Position numbers and translations under genes: made by a program. Under the pieces are notes generated by a model that saw only the letters and a program-made list of their open reading frames with translations, searched no databases and was not told the DNA's origin. A stretch of DNA of 56,480 nt from a virus. Its lineage: Duplodnaviria > Caudoviricetes. Positions 27,651 through 36,502 of the stretch are shown in pieces. The stretch covers positions 1 through 56,480 of IMG/VR virus record IMGVR_UViG_3300022200_000053. One strand, given 5' to 3'. Numbering within the stretch: the stretch's first letter is position 1; each line of letters begins with the position of its first letter.

Positions 27651-27890
27651 ATGCTCTGTTTATCTATGCCTGATTACACAGACGATCAGCTACTTGCCAT
27701 GGCTATGGCAAATCTTGGAGAGTACATCCATGAAAACTCACCTCGTTATGTATTAATTGAAGATCCTCGCAACGAGGATGACTACGATAGCTGGACTTAC
27801 GGAATGGAAGTCCTGCCGCAAGATCACACTTGGCAGTCAACATCAATTGATGTTGATGTAAGTCCAAGTGATGCAGATATGGCGGAATAG
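27651..27890 (+). CDS. Acidic hypothetical protein
   Basis: Likely start is MPDYTDDQ; the 3' end overlaps element B7 and the tRNA. Confidence 0.45.
   Translation: MLCLSMPDYTDDQLLAMAMANLGEYIHENSPRYVLIEDPRNEDDYDSWTYGMEVLPQDHTWQSTSIDVDVSPSDADMAE
27827..27870 (+). repeat. Family B element 7 (directly 5' of tRNA-Leu)
   Basis: CACTTGG-CAG-[TCAACATC AATT GATGTTGA]-TGTAAGT-CCAAGTG. Confidence 0.8.
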
Positions 27891-27958
27891 GTAGACGCAA
27901 CGGACTTAAAATCCGTAGGCCACTGGCCGTGAGAGTTCGAGTCTCTCTATCTGCACCA
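27873..27958 (+). tRNA. trnL: tRNA-Leu(TAA)
   Basis: GCAGATA/TATCTGC acceptor stem, GGTAGACGC D-arm, ACGGA-CTTAAAA-TCCGT anticodon arm, long variable arm, GTTCGAG T-loop and encoded CCA. Confidence 0.95.
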
Positions 27959-27980
27959 ACCCATCACATCACACAACACC

Positions 27981-28343
27981 ATGCAAATCTTTGCTGCATT
28001 CAAACACCTCATCCCTGAATTCCATGCATACTCTGACGAGGACAAGCGTTACAACATTGGTGCTACCTGGACTGCTGCTGATGGGCTCCAGGACTTTCAC
28101 AACCTAGAGCTACGGTATGTCCGTAACTCTGAGAGGCTTGCGCTCCAAGGTGATCCACAGCCTGATGGAAGCTGGAAGTATGTCGAACCCAATGGCTGCG
28201 TCCATACCATCTCCGCTGAACGTGCTAAGCACTTTATGGAGCAGACCCAAGCACATGCACACATCGTGTGTGACATGCTCGATAAGCTAAGGGAGTCTGG
28301 TATAGGGCAGGAAGTCCTGGACACACAAGCCCATCCCGCATAG
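27981..28343 (+). CDS. Hypothetical protein
   Basis: 120 aa with a C/A-rich leader. Confidence 0.65.
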   Translation: MQIFAAFKHLIPEFHAYSDEDKRYNIGATWTAADGLQDFHNLELRYVRNSERLALQGDPQPDGSWKYVEPNGCVHTISAERAKHFMEQTQAHAHIVCDMLDKLRESGIGQEVLDTQAHPA

Positions 28344-28371
28344 AATCTCTGAGGAATGTTCGGCCCCTGCA

Positions 28372-28764
28372 ATGCAGGGGTCTTTCTCTATGACAAATGA
28401 AACCCAAACTGGACTCATTGATCTTGACCTTGTTGACAAAGTCCATGCAATGATTCCCAAGTCAACATGGCCTGTTGTTACCAAGGGTGTTGTCTCTTAT
28501 ATCGTTGACAACATGCCTGGTTCTGTTGTTGAACAACTGACGGGTTCATACACTGACTTCGAAGAAGCAGAGAAGATTCTCTTGAGTTATTACCAAGATG
28601 AATCCAGGTCTGATGGTAAAGAATTGATCACTGATTCTTTTGGCATTCTTGGTGCAGAGAATATCCTTTACTACTTGGATTCACTGCAACTTGATAAGCT
28701 AGCTGATCATCTAAACAACAAGACTCCCACTGAAGATGACATTTCAGAAACAGGAGAGGGGTAA
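28372..28764 (+). CDS. Hypothetical protein
   Basis: 130 aa; start may be MTNETQ. Confidence 0.65.
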   Translation: MQGSFSMTNETQTGLIDLDLVDKVHAMIPKSTWPVVTKGVVSYIVDNMPGSVVEQLTGSYTDFEEAEKILLSYYQDESRSDGKELITDSFGILGAENILYYLDSLQLDKLADHLNNKTPTEDDISETGEG

Positions 28765-29101
28765 ATGCCCAAGCTGTAATGGTCTTGGTGTATGGACCAT
28801 CCAATCACGTAAAGCTACACATGGTCAAAGGCGACGCAAAGAGTGCAGGCTCTGTGGCCATCGCTTCACCACATATGAGATTTCATCTGAGGACTATGCC
28901 AAGTATGATCACTTCCTTTACATGCATGAAGAATTATGTAGACGATTGGGTACATTCGAGGTAAAGCCTGCAACTGAGGATAAGATCACGTGCATCACAT
29001 GCGCCCATAACAAAGGTGATACATGTGACTACGACTTCCCTGAGTACAACACATCCGATTCATCTGATTGCATTCACTATGAGTTCGAAACGTCAGTTTG
29101 A
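28736..29101 (+). CDS. NrdR-like zinc-ribbon protein lacking an ATP-cone
   Basis: CPSC...RRRKECRLCGHRFTTYE plus a second Cys cluster. Confidence 0.7.
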   Translation: MTFQKQERGKCPSCNGLGVWTIQSRKATHGQRRRKECRLCGHRFTTYEISSEDYAKYDHFLYMHEELCRRLGTFEVKPATEDKITCITCAHNKGDTCDYDFPEYNTSDSSDCIHYEFETSV

Positions 29102-29381
29102 TTACCGTATTGGTGATCGTGTTGCCGAACGTCCTAAGACTCATGGCTTGTTCACCAGGTCACCTGAGTTACGTCAACAGCTACAGAAGTACCGCACTCA
29201 GCGGTACGGAACTGTGGTAGGGATGAGCACCAGGGTAAATAAGAATGGTGCACGCTTTAAAGTTCTTCTTATCCAATGGGATGGACTTAAGACACCATCT
29301 GAACATGCACGCATGCGCATCTGTCCTGCCTCAGAAATTGCACGCCTTACTAACGAAGTTGTGGTGCCAGGAGATATGTAA
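29016..29381 (+). CDS. Hypothetical protein
   Basis: Likely start is MSSKRQF; YRIGDRV SH3-like pattern. Confidence 0.55.
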   Translation: MIHVTTTSLSTTHPIHLIAFTMSSKRQFDYRIGDRVAERPKTHGLFTRSPELRQQLQKYRTQRYGTVVGMSTRVNKNGARFKVLLIQWDGLKTPSEHARMRICPASEIARLTNEVVVPGDM

Positions 29382-29383
29382 GC

Positions 29384-29593
29384 ATGGATGATCTACAGAA
29401 AGCTTTTCTGCGTGGTGCATGCGTTACCATCCTTGGCTTTGCAGCAACTGGTTTGTTGGCATCAATCTTCTTGACGCCTGATGAACCCAAAGACACATCT
29501 AAGTTTGAAGTCCTTGATCAGTATCAGGGTTGCTCAGTAATCCGATACACTGATCCAACATCACGTTGGCATTATTTCCTTAAGTGTTCATGA
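29384..29593 (+). CDS. Small membrane protein
   Basis: TM helix plus FEVLDQYQGCSVIRYT motif. Confidence 0.65.
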   Translation: MDDLQKAFLRGACVTILGFAATGLLASIFLTPDEPKDTSKFEVLDQYQGCSVIRYTDPTSRWHYFLKCS

Positions 29594-30315
29594 TTAACGA
29601 TCCTTACTTCCGTGTTGATGTCCTTAATAGGACAGAGAATCCTCAGACGCTGTGCTGGTATGCGATGCATCAAGACTACAGCGAAGAGTATGTGTTCAAT
29701 GAAGATCCACCGTCTGAAACAGAAGCTGGCAATTTAATTGTCAAGCATCTGCTAGCAGGTGAGCGTGGTCATTACGGACCACTGGAACATCCTTCTATCA
29801 CATTCAATGTTGGATGGTTTCCACACTCAGTAATGCAACAAGCACGCACCCATCGTGTTGGTGTCAGCTTTGATGTGCAGTCCGGTAGGTATACCGGTAA
29901 GCGCATCATGGATGTGCATAAAACTAAACGTAAACCAGAAGAAGTGTTTTACCTCAGACCTGTTGGTGAGTACACCGATAGGTCTGGTAAGCGGTATAGA
30001 TACGGCATGCAGGAACGCAATGATGATATTGCAGAATGTCTTGTTGCTTCCGCTCATTACGTTGACAAGATTGAAAAAGGATACGCAGAGGAACATGCAC
30101 GTGACATGATTCCTTACGCAATCCGTCAACACTTTGTTGTGTCATTCAATCTTCGTAGTGCACTTCACTTCATGGACTTACGTTCCAAGAAGGATGCACA
30201 AGAAGAGATCCGTGCCATGTGTGATCTCATGTGGCCGCACCTCCAAATATGGGCACCAGAGGTCACGGCCTGGTACGAGAAGACTCGCTTGCACAAGGCA
30301 AGACTGGCTCCCTAG
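29590..30315 (+). CDS. thyX: Flavin-dependent thymidylate synthase
   Basis: GHYGPLEH and RTHRVGVSFDVQSGRY ThyX signature; NLRSALHFMDLR and AQxEIR. Confidence 0.95.
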   Translation: MINDPYFRVDVLNRTENPQTLCWYAMHQDYSEEYVFNEDPPSETEAGNLIVKHLLAGERGHYGPLEHPSITFNVGWFPHSVMQQARTHRVGVSFDVQSGRYTGKRIMDVHKTKRKPEEVFYLRPVGEYTDRSGKRYRYGMQERNDDIAECLVASAHYVDKIEKGYAEEHARDMIPYAIRQHFVVSFNLRSALHFMDLRSKKDAQEEIRAMCDLMWPHLQIWAPEVTAWYEKTRLHKARLAP

Positions 30316-30491
30316 AACATGGCAGCAGGTTGCTTTTTGAGTTCTTTGATGGCATGCTTGGACTCAACATCCTTGCGTGCCATCTTTTTCTTTTGATCAA
30401 TTAAGTACACAATCAATGCATTGTTCAATTTGGTTAGCTCCAATGTTTTTTGTGCTAGCTCCAATGAGGTTTTTGCAATTTCTTGATTCAT
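30312..30491 (-). CDS. Small hypothetical protein (59 aa, not in ORF track)
   Basis: MNQEIAKTSLELAQKTLEL...; ATGA overlap with the DUF4278-like gene. Confidence 0.55.
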   Translation of the reverse strand: MNQEIAKTSLELAQKTLELTKLNNALIVYLIDQKKKMARKDVESKHAIKELKKQPAAMF

Positions 30492-30640
30492 TTGATCTGA
30501 CCTCCTGTTACATAAGGAAAGTAACAGGCGTTACGGTACTTCAAGCAAAGCCACGGACGATGTGCTAGATTCCACCAGGCTCTATCTTTCTCAGCCTGTG
30601 CCTTTTGGTTGTACTTGACACCTCGATACGTAAGAGTCAT
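30488..30640 (-). CDS. DUF4278-family small protein
   Basis: MTLTYRGVKY...LKYRNACY, a double L(T/K)YRG-type motif. Confidence 0.7.
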   Translation of the reverse strand: MTLTYRGVKYNQKAQAEKDRAWWNLAHRPWLCLKYRNACYFPYVTGGQIK

Positions 30641-30746
30641 GATGCATTCGGCATCTATCAATACAGTAAGAATACTTCTGTATTGATATTGATGTCGTTC
30701 GTCATGTAACACAACCACCAATTAGTTCTACACACTACCAACTCTC

Positions 30747-31079
30747 ATGACTAACAACAATCACCCGATCACTCCGCCGCCTGAACTGGTAGAGCAGTGG
30801 TACGAGGCCATAGACAACTCGTCTACATCTTGGAAACAGGAGCTAGCCACCCAAGCCGCCCGTTGGGGCGCAGACATGGAGCTGGAAACATGCTGTCAGT
30901 GGTTATCCATAGAAGGATATGACTTAGTTGCTGCTAAGTTCCGCGCCGCCCGCCGCCCCGAGCCGTCGAGCTTGAAGGAGCAGGCGCTTGAGGCTCTTAA
31001 GCACACAGAGGAAGGTTGGCGGCCTGTTCCTGCAGACTGTGCGATTATCCGCCGCGCTCTTGAATCCCTGCCCGATTAG
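30747..31079 (+). CDS. Hypothetical protein, paralog of 24208-24576
   Basis: HPITPPPELVEQW...AARWGADMELE...SLKEQAL. Confidence 0.7.
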   Translation: MTNNNHPITPPPELVEQWYEAIDNSSTSWKQELATQAARWGADMELETCCQWLSIEGYDLVAAKFRAARRPEPSSLKEQALEALKHTEEGWRPVPADCAIIRRALESLPD

Positions 31080-31097
31080 TCAACATCACTTCTCACC

Positions 31098-31295
31098 TTG
31101 ACAATGATTAAAATCCTCAACTGTTTCAAATCACTCTTCAAGAAACGAACTGAGTATTATGTGAAGATTGATAATTCTGGTGCTTCTACTGCGATGAATA
31201 TGTTGGATTACTTTATGTCTTCAGAAGGACAAGAAGAACTCAAAAAGACCAAAGAGTTCTATATGAAATACAAAAACATTCCACTGAAGGATTAA
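31098..31295 (+). CDS. Hypothetical protein
   Basis: 65 aa. Confidence 0.5.
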   Translation: MTMIKILNCFKSLFKKRTEYYVKIDNSGASTAMNMLDYFMSSEGQEELKKTKEFYMKYKNIPLKD

Positions 31296-31423
31296 AGCCT
31301 AGTAGTCCACAGTCCAGGTTTGAAGGACCCCCCCCTGGTGCAGTCGAGACCGCTCTTGATTACGACGCCACTCAAACGGATTGCATCCCTGTTCACCTCT
31401 CCTAATGAAAACAACTTATCATC

Positions 31424-31720
31424 ATGAAAGGTTTTAATTCAACAAAGCAATCCACCCGCTCTTCTTCCTATTGGGTTGCATCTTACACAAAAGATAACGA
31501 AGATGAACCACTTGGTATCCACAAGAAAGTTTTGTCTTATAAACCAGGGCAAGACAAAGAAGCTTTGATGACTAAGTACTGTCACTCACTTATGAAACTT
31601 AATCCACACGTATGGGAAGTCTTGGTGCACCAGGGGCCATCTGAGATTCCGAACTCAGGTGATCAGATCGTGATCAGACTATCCCGTGAACCCTTCAAGG
31701 GATGCTCTGAACTGAGGTAA
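31424..31720 (+). CDS. Hypothetical protein
   Basis: 98 aa. Confidence 0.6.
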   Translation: MKGFNSTKQSTRSSSYWVASYTKDNEDEPLGIHKKVLSYKPGQDKEALMTKYCHSLMKLNPHVWEVLVHQGPSEIPNSGDQIVIRLSREPFKGCSELR

Positions 31721-31725
31721 ATTAT

Positions 31726-31753
31726 GGACCTGAGCATGTCCTTAAACTGCTCA
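31726..31753 (+). repeat. Family C pseudoknot 3
   Basis: GGAC-CT-GAGCA-T-GTCC-TTAAAC-TGCTC, with compensatory changes in both stems. Confidence 0.9.
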
Positions 31754-31783
31754 TTAGTTTTCTTTATCATTCAACTCAACATC

Positions 31784-32545
31784 ATGAAGCTCCTCAAGTT
31801 TTCCACAGGCAACGGTAAGCTTAAGAATCGTTTGATCTTTAACCTACCAGCTGGTTATGCTTGTCCGCATGCTGGTGTATGCAAGACAATGGCTGACCGC
31901 ACTACAGGCTTGATCACTGATCTACCTCAGTACAACGGCACTGATGCAGCTGAGTACCGTTGCTTTGCTGCCATGGCAGAGACACGTCCTACTGTGCGTC
32001 AAGCTCGCTGGCACAACTGGGATCTCATCCGTGAAACCATGTACATGGATGGTGACCAGGCAACACTGATCCATGACCTGATTGAGCTTTCACTACTGGC
32101 ACAACCTAAGCGTGATCTCATTCGTATCCACGAGAGTGGTGACTACTGGACAGAGAACTACATGAAGGCCTGGATCCTTACAGCACAAGAGCATCCCGAC
32201 ATCAACTTCTACAGCTACACGAAGTCTCTTGGGATGTGGTACCAGCTGAAAGATCTGATGCCATCCAACTTTTATCTCACCGCATCATGCGGTGGGACAC
32301 TTGACTACTTGATCCCTAAGTATCCTGAGGTGTTCCAGCGTGTGGCATATGTTGTGTACACAGAAGAAGAGGCGGTAGAACGTGGGCTCTCTGTGGACCA
32401 TGATGACAGTCACTGCCTTGGTGACAAGCCTTTCGCACTCTTGGTCCATGGTTCCCAACGGGCTGGCTCTGATGCAATGGCTGCATTAACAAAACGCAAG
32501 AAAGAAGGCAAGTTTGTTGGCTATGGCGCATCCAACAAAAAATAA
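31784..32545 (+). CDS. Phage GP88-like protein
   Basis: GNGKL...FNLPAGYACPHAGVC...C(F/Y)A...RIHESGDY...FYSYTK. Confidence 0.75.
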   Translation: MKLLKFSTGNGKLKNRLIFNLPAGYACPHAGVCKTMADRTTGLITDLPQYNGTDAAEYRCFAAMAETRPTVRQARWHNWDLIRETMYMDGDQATLIHDLIELSLLAQPKRDLIRIHESGDYWTENYMKAWILTAQEHPDINFYSYTKSLGMWYQLKDLMPSNFYLTASCGGTLDYLIPKYPEVFQRVAYVVYTEEEAVERGLSVDHDDSHCLGDKPFALLVHGSQRAGSDAMAALTKRKKEGKFVGYGASNKK

Positions 32546-32608
32546 TCTGTAGACCCTTGCGGATCAGATGGGATGACGTAACATGCAACCGTCTTTCATC
32601 TGATCCCA

Positions 32609-32842
32609 ATGTCTTATGTCATTGCTTGCTGGCGGTGGGGTACACCACATGCCATTACTGCCAACAAAGAAAGCAATAAGTTTGAGTTGATTCCACTAGA
32701 CTCTGATGTAGCTTTAAATAAGATCTTTTCCCATCCGTATCGTGCGGGTGCCCAACAGATCTTGACGTGGATCAACGACAACGATGAAGACCTCTCAGGT
32801 AAAGAACTCCAAGTTTGCGATGAAAGCCAGTTCCGCAAATGA
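32609..32842 (+). CDS. Hypothetical protein
   Basis: 77 aa. Confidence 0.55.
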   Translation: MSYVIACWRWGTPHAITANKESNKFELIPLDSDVALNKIFSHPYRAGAQQILTWINDNDEDLSGKELQVCDESQFRK

Positions 32843-34643
32843 TAAATGGCTAGTGTTCGACCTTGAGAGTGATGGACTGTATGATGTGGCTACCAAAATC
32901 CACTGCATTGTTATCCATGACATTACAGCCGAACAAACTTTTAGTTATGGGCCTGATTGCATTGCTGATGCTATTGATCATCTGGCAACCGCTGATGTTT
33001 TAATAGGGCATAATCTGATTTTTTTCGATCTTCCTGTCCTGCAAAAGCTGCATTCATTTGTCAGCAAAGCACGCATCATTGACACACTCATCTGCACACG
33101 ACTCATCTGGCCCAAAGAAAAACTCTATGACCTTGACATCGAACAATATCCGCAGGTTCCAAAGAATCTACGTGGATCCGCATCACTTAAGGCCTGGGGA
33201 TGGCGCTTGGCCGATCATAAGATCAGCTTCAAAGACTTCTCCGAATATTCTCAGGAGATGCTGGAGTACTGTATCCAGGACGTTAATGTCACAACAAAAC
33301 TTTGGAGGCACATCTCCAAGGAGAACTATCCGGAATCAGCTCTTAAGTTGGAGCACGACTTTGCACTGGCAATTAACAAACAAATTAGAGCAGGTGTTCC
33401 TTTTGATGTGGATGCATGTATTGATCTCGTGGATGATCTACGAGCAAAACAAACACAGCTTGAAGCACAATTAAAAGATATTTTTCCTCCAATCGAACAC
33501 AGGTCTTGGTTTACACCCAGGGTCAACAACAAAACGCGTGGCTATGTTAAAGGAGTCCCTTTTGAAAAGATCAGCCACGAAGAGTTCAATCCTGGATCTC
33601 GTCAGCAAATTATTGATCGACTTAAGGCTAAGTACGGATGGGAACCAACGAAAACAACTGCGAAAGGAAATCCAAGCATTGATGATGAAGTGTTAGAACA
33701 GCTGCCTTACCCCGAGGCCAAACCTCTGGCAGAATATATGCTCATCCAGAAACGCCTTGGTCAGATTGCTGATGGAAACAATGCTTGGCTCAAGTTGGTT
33801 AATAACGATACTGGTCGAATGCACGGTGACGTTGTTACTTCTGGTTGTATCACTGGTCGCTGTGCTCACCGCAACCCCAACATGGGCCAGGTTCCAGCGG
33901 GCTATTCACCGTACGGCAAAGAATGTCGGTCGTTGTTTCATGCGCCACAAGGATGGGACATGATTGGTATCGATGCCAAAGCATTGGAGCTTAGATGCTT
34001 GGCTGGATACCTTGCCCTATGGGATGGCGGTGAGTATGCACGTGTTGTTACTAATCCAGAGATTGATATTCACGAATACAACAGGTCAATGTTTGATGTG
34101 CCAACTAGGGATATTTCAAAACGTTTATTATACGCTGTTCTATACGGGGCTGGTTATTTAAAGGCTGGTAGCATTGTGGATCCGAATGAAAAAGATGAAG
34201 AAACACTGCGTCAATTAGGAAAAACTGCAATCAATTCATTCATGAAAGGGGTACCAGCATTGAAGAAATTAAAGCAGCAGATTGAAGATAACATTGCGAA
34301 TCGTAATCATTTAATTGGATTAGATCGACGCATTCTTTATTGCAGGTCTGCATTCAAAGGATTGAATGTGTTGTTGCAATCAGCAGGTGCAATCCTTATG
34401 AAGCAAGTTGTCATCAACATCCATGAGAACATTGAGTCTGCCCTGTCTTTGCCCCATGGGCAGGGTTGGGAACAGGTACTTATGGTGCACGATGAAGTAG
34501 AAATCGTTTGCAAACCTCAATACACAAAAGTTATTAAAGAACAAGCAATGATAGCTTTTCCTCAAGCGCAAGAATTTTTTGGTTTCTTGTGTCCCATTGA
34601 AGGAGATGCTAGGGTAGGTCACACTTGGTACGACGTGCATTGA
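32784..34643 (+). CDS. polA: Family A DNA polymerase with 3'-5' exonuclease
   Basis: ExoI FDLE, ExoII GHNLIFFD, ExoIII YCIQD; motif A DAKALELR, motif B RDISKRLLYAVLYG, motif C VHDE. Confidence 0.97.
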   Translation: MKTSQVKNSKFAMKASSANDKWLVFDLESDGLYDVATKIHCIVIHDITAEQTFSYGPDCIADAIDHLATADVLIGHNLIFFDLPVLQKLHSFVSKARIIDTLICTRLIWPKEKLYDLDIEQYPQVPKNLRGSASLKAWGWRLADHKISFKDFSEYSQEMLEYCIQDVNVTTKLWRHISKENYPESALKLEHDFALAINKQIRAGVPFDVDACIDLVDDLRAKQTQLEAQLKDIFPPIEHRSWFTPRVNNKTRGYVKGVPFEKISHEEFNPGSRQQIIDRLKAKYGWEPTKTTAKGNPSIDDEVLEQLPYPEAKPLAEYMLIQKRLGQIADGNNAWLKLVNNDTGRMHGDVVTSGCITGRCAHRNPNMGQVPAGYSPYGKECRSLFHAPQGWDMIGIDAKALELRCLAGYLALWDGGEYARVVTNPEIDIHEYNRSMFDVPTRDISKRLLYAVLYGAGYLKAGSIVDPNEKDEETLRQLGKTAINSFMKGVPALKKLKQQIEDNIANRNHLIGLDRRILYCRSAFKGLNVLLQSAGAILMKQVVINIHENIESALSLPHGQGWEQVLMVHDEVEIVCKPQYTKVIKEQAMIAFPQAQEFFGFLCPIEGDARVGHTWYDVH

Positions 34644-34644
34644 A

Positions 34645-35142
34645 ATGGGCTACCACATTTATTTGAAACCTTTACCAAGCAAAGAAATGTTGCACAGAAT
34701 TTTGCAATATGAAAAAGAAACTGGATATCTTTACTGGAAAAAAACTGGAAAACTTGTAAAAGCCTGCGCTAAAGATTTGGAGAATAAATATAAACGAATA
34801 ATGATTGATAAAGAACATTACGTATTACATCGCATTATCTATCAAATGCATTATGTGGATTTGAAAACAGATGAAGTAATTGATCACATTGATAGGAATA
34901 AACAAAACAATAGAATTGAAAACTTAAGAAAAGTTAATGTTTTTATTAATAATCAAAACCAGGGAAATCGCAAAAACAATACATCTGGATATAAAGGAGT
35001 TTCTTGGTCAAAGCAAAAACAAAAGTGGCGTGCAACAATCACAGTTAAAAGAAAACATAAAACGCTTGGATTTTTTACTACCAAAGAAGAAGCTTTTGAA
35101 TGTTACAAAAAAGCTAAACAAGCATTTCACTCTTGCGTTTGA
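34645..35142 (+). mobile_element. HNH/AP2 homing endonuclease gene inserted at the polA 3' end
   Basis: HRIIY...IDHIDRNKQNNRIENLR and NTSGYKGVSW...KWRA AP2-like domain; AT-rich. Confidence 0.9.
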
Positions 35143-35146
35143 AAAC

Positions 35147-35185
35147 CACTCTCGAGTAGGATCTGACTGGAGCCAGACCCACTAA
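35147..35185 (+). pseudogene. Displaced duplicate of the polA C-terminus
   Basis: Encodes HSRVGSDWSQTH*, which aligns with the polA end DARVGHTWYDVH*. Confidence 0.7.
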
Positions 35186-35187
35186 CA

Positions 35188-35367
35188 ATGGACCTTGAAC
35201 CAAAAAACTTTATTAACATTCAACCATCAACATTAAAGATTGTATGCCCCAAACATGGAACGCATTCTCAATATATTGAAAGCACAATCCAAGGTCATGA
35301 GGGTTATTGGTGCATGATCTGTTGGCTGGAAACTCTTGGTGATTCACTTCCCGTTGTAAAAGAATGA
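35188..35367 (+). CDS. Small Zn-binding protein (59 aa, not in ORF track)
   Basis: IVCPKHG...YWCMIC. Confidence 0.6.
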   Translation: MDLEPKNFINIQPSTLKIVCPKHGTHSQYIESTIQGHEGYWCMICWLETLGDSLPVVKE

Positions 35368-35372
35368 TTACA

Positions 35373-35399
35373 CGTCCTAAGCATGACGTTAAACTGCTT
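35373..35399 (+). repeat. Family C pseudoknot 4
   Basis: CGTC-CT-AAGCA-T-GACG-TTAAAC-TGCTT. Confidence 0.9.
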
Positions 35400-35420
35400 T
35401 AACACCTAACATCTGATTTC

Positions 35421-36242
35421 ATGAATTACGTTGACGCATGCGCTGTCCTCAACGAAAATCCTCGTGAGGTATACACCAGTGCAACATCATCCAATCTGTG
35501 TGCAGAAGTAATCCTGCCTCCGGTTGGTAACAAAGCATCAACTCAACTCACGCTTCATGTTTATGGAAAATCTTGTGAGAAGTTCAAAGATCTCACCAAA
35601 GGAACCCGTGTGTACATTCACGGCTCCAAGTTACGTCACGATCTCGACACCAAAACGCATTCGCTTCATGGAGGAATTATTGTTCCGGTTACAGAAGCAT
35701 TCCCAGTCTTCAATGATGTCATCCTTACTGGACGTTGTGTAAAGGATATTGATGAATCTGATCCCCGGTCCTTCAGGACCACAGGGGAAGGTTTGATGAT
35801 TTGTAACCAGACTCTTGCTGTTAATACTGGTCGCAATCAATCAGATCTTTTCAACTTTTCTGCAATCAATACAGTGCAAGATAAGTTGAACCAGGCTGAG
35901 CTTCTTGCTAACTTCACACGTAAAGGAACCGGTCTTACAATCCGTGGTCGTCTTGTTACAGATGCATGGGTTGATAAGGACACTAAAGAGCGCAGGACCA
36001 ACGTCAAGATTCAGTTGGTGCAGATGACCCTGGCACCTAAGGCCAGTGGTGAATCTCAAACAAAACCTGTGGGATCCAGGACTCAGCAATCCTCGCCAGA
36101 GGAGAGTGCTAGTCTGTGGGGAGGAAAGACAACTGATGAATCCCCTGATCCTTGGAACCAAGCATCGGGTGGTGGTCTTCCTGATCTCCCTGGCCAGTAC
36201 GGCTCCGCACCCAGCTTTGACTCAGACGAACCTCCCTTTTGA
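35421..36242 (+). CDS. ssb: Single-stranded DNA-binding protein (tandem OB-fold-like)
   Basis: KGTRVYIHG and KGTGLTIRGRLVTDAWVDK OB patterns; acidic DSDEPPF tail. Confidence 0.75.
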   Translation: MNYVDACAVLNENPREVYTSATSSNLCAEVILPPVGNKASTQLTLHVYGKSCEKFKDLTKGTRVYIHGSKLRHDLDTKTHSLHGGIIVPVTEAFPVFNDVILTGRCVKDIDESDPRSFRTTGEGLMICNQTLAVNTGRNQSDLFNFSAINTVQDKLNQAELLANFTRKGTGLTIRGRLVTDAWVDKDTKERRTNVKIQLVQMTLAPKASGESQTKPVGSRTQQSSPEESASLWGGKTTDESPDPWNQASGGGLPDLPGQYGSAPSFDSDEPPF

Positions 36243-36502
36243 GCATCATGCCAATCAACGTTGAAATTCAAGACAATCAAATGTCTTTACGTGATGCCAT
36301 TGCCTACGAGTTTTACATGGACAACCTTACCGGCTACATGGAGAACTGGAGGAAAGAAAATGAAGAAGAACGTGAAGACATTGCCGTTGCTCTTGCAAAA
36401 CTTGCAGTAGCTGCCTTTGCAGTTGCTGATGTTTTTTGCGTAACACGTGATGACATTGTGAACAAAGAAACAACACAAGAAGCTAATGACACCGACGCAT
36501 GA
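36239..36502 (+). CDS. Hypothetical protein
   Basis: 87 aa. Confidence 0.6.
   Translation: MSIMPINVEIQDNQMSLRDAIAYEFYMDNLTGYMENWRKENEEEREDIAVALAKLAVAAFAVADVFCVTRDDIVNKETTQEANDTDA

Noticed and set aside
27873-27958. Prophage att site at tRNA-Leu
   Set aside because: No integrase or duplicated tRNA 3' end in the window, and phage-like genes continue on both sides
34643-35185. Group I intron in polA carrying the HNH gene
   Set aside because: There is almost no non-coding sequence around the HNH ORF to form an intron core, and polA already ends with a complete terminus
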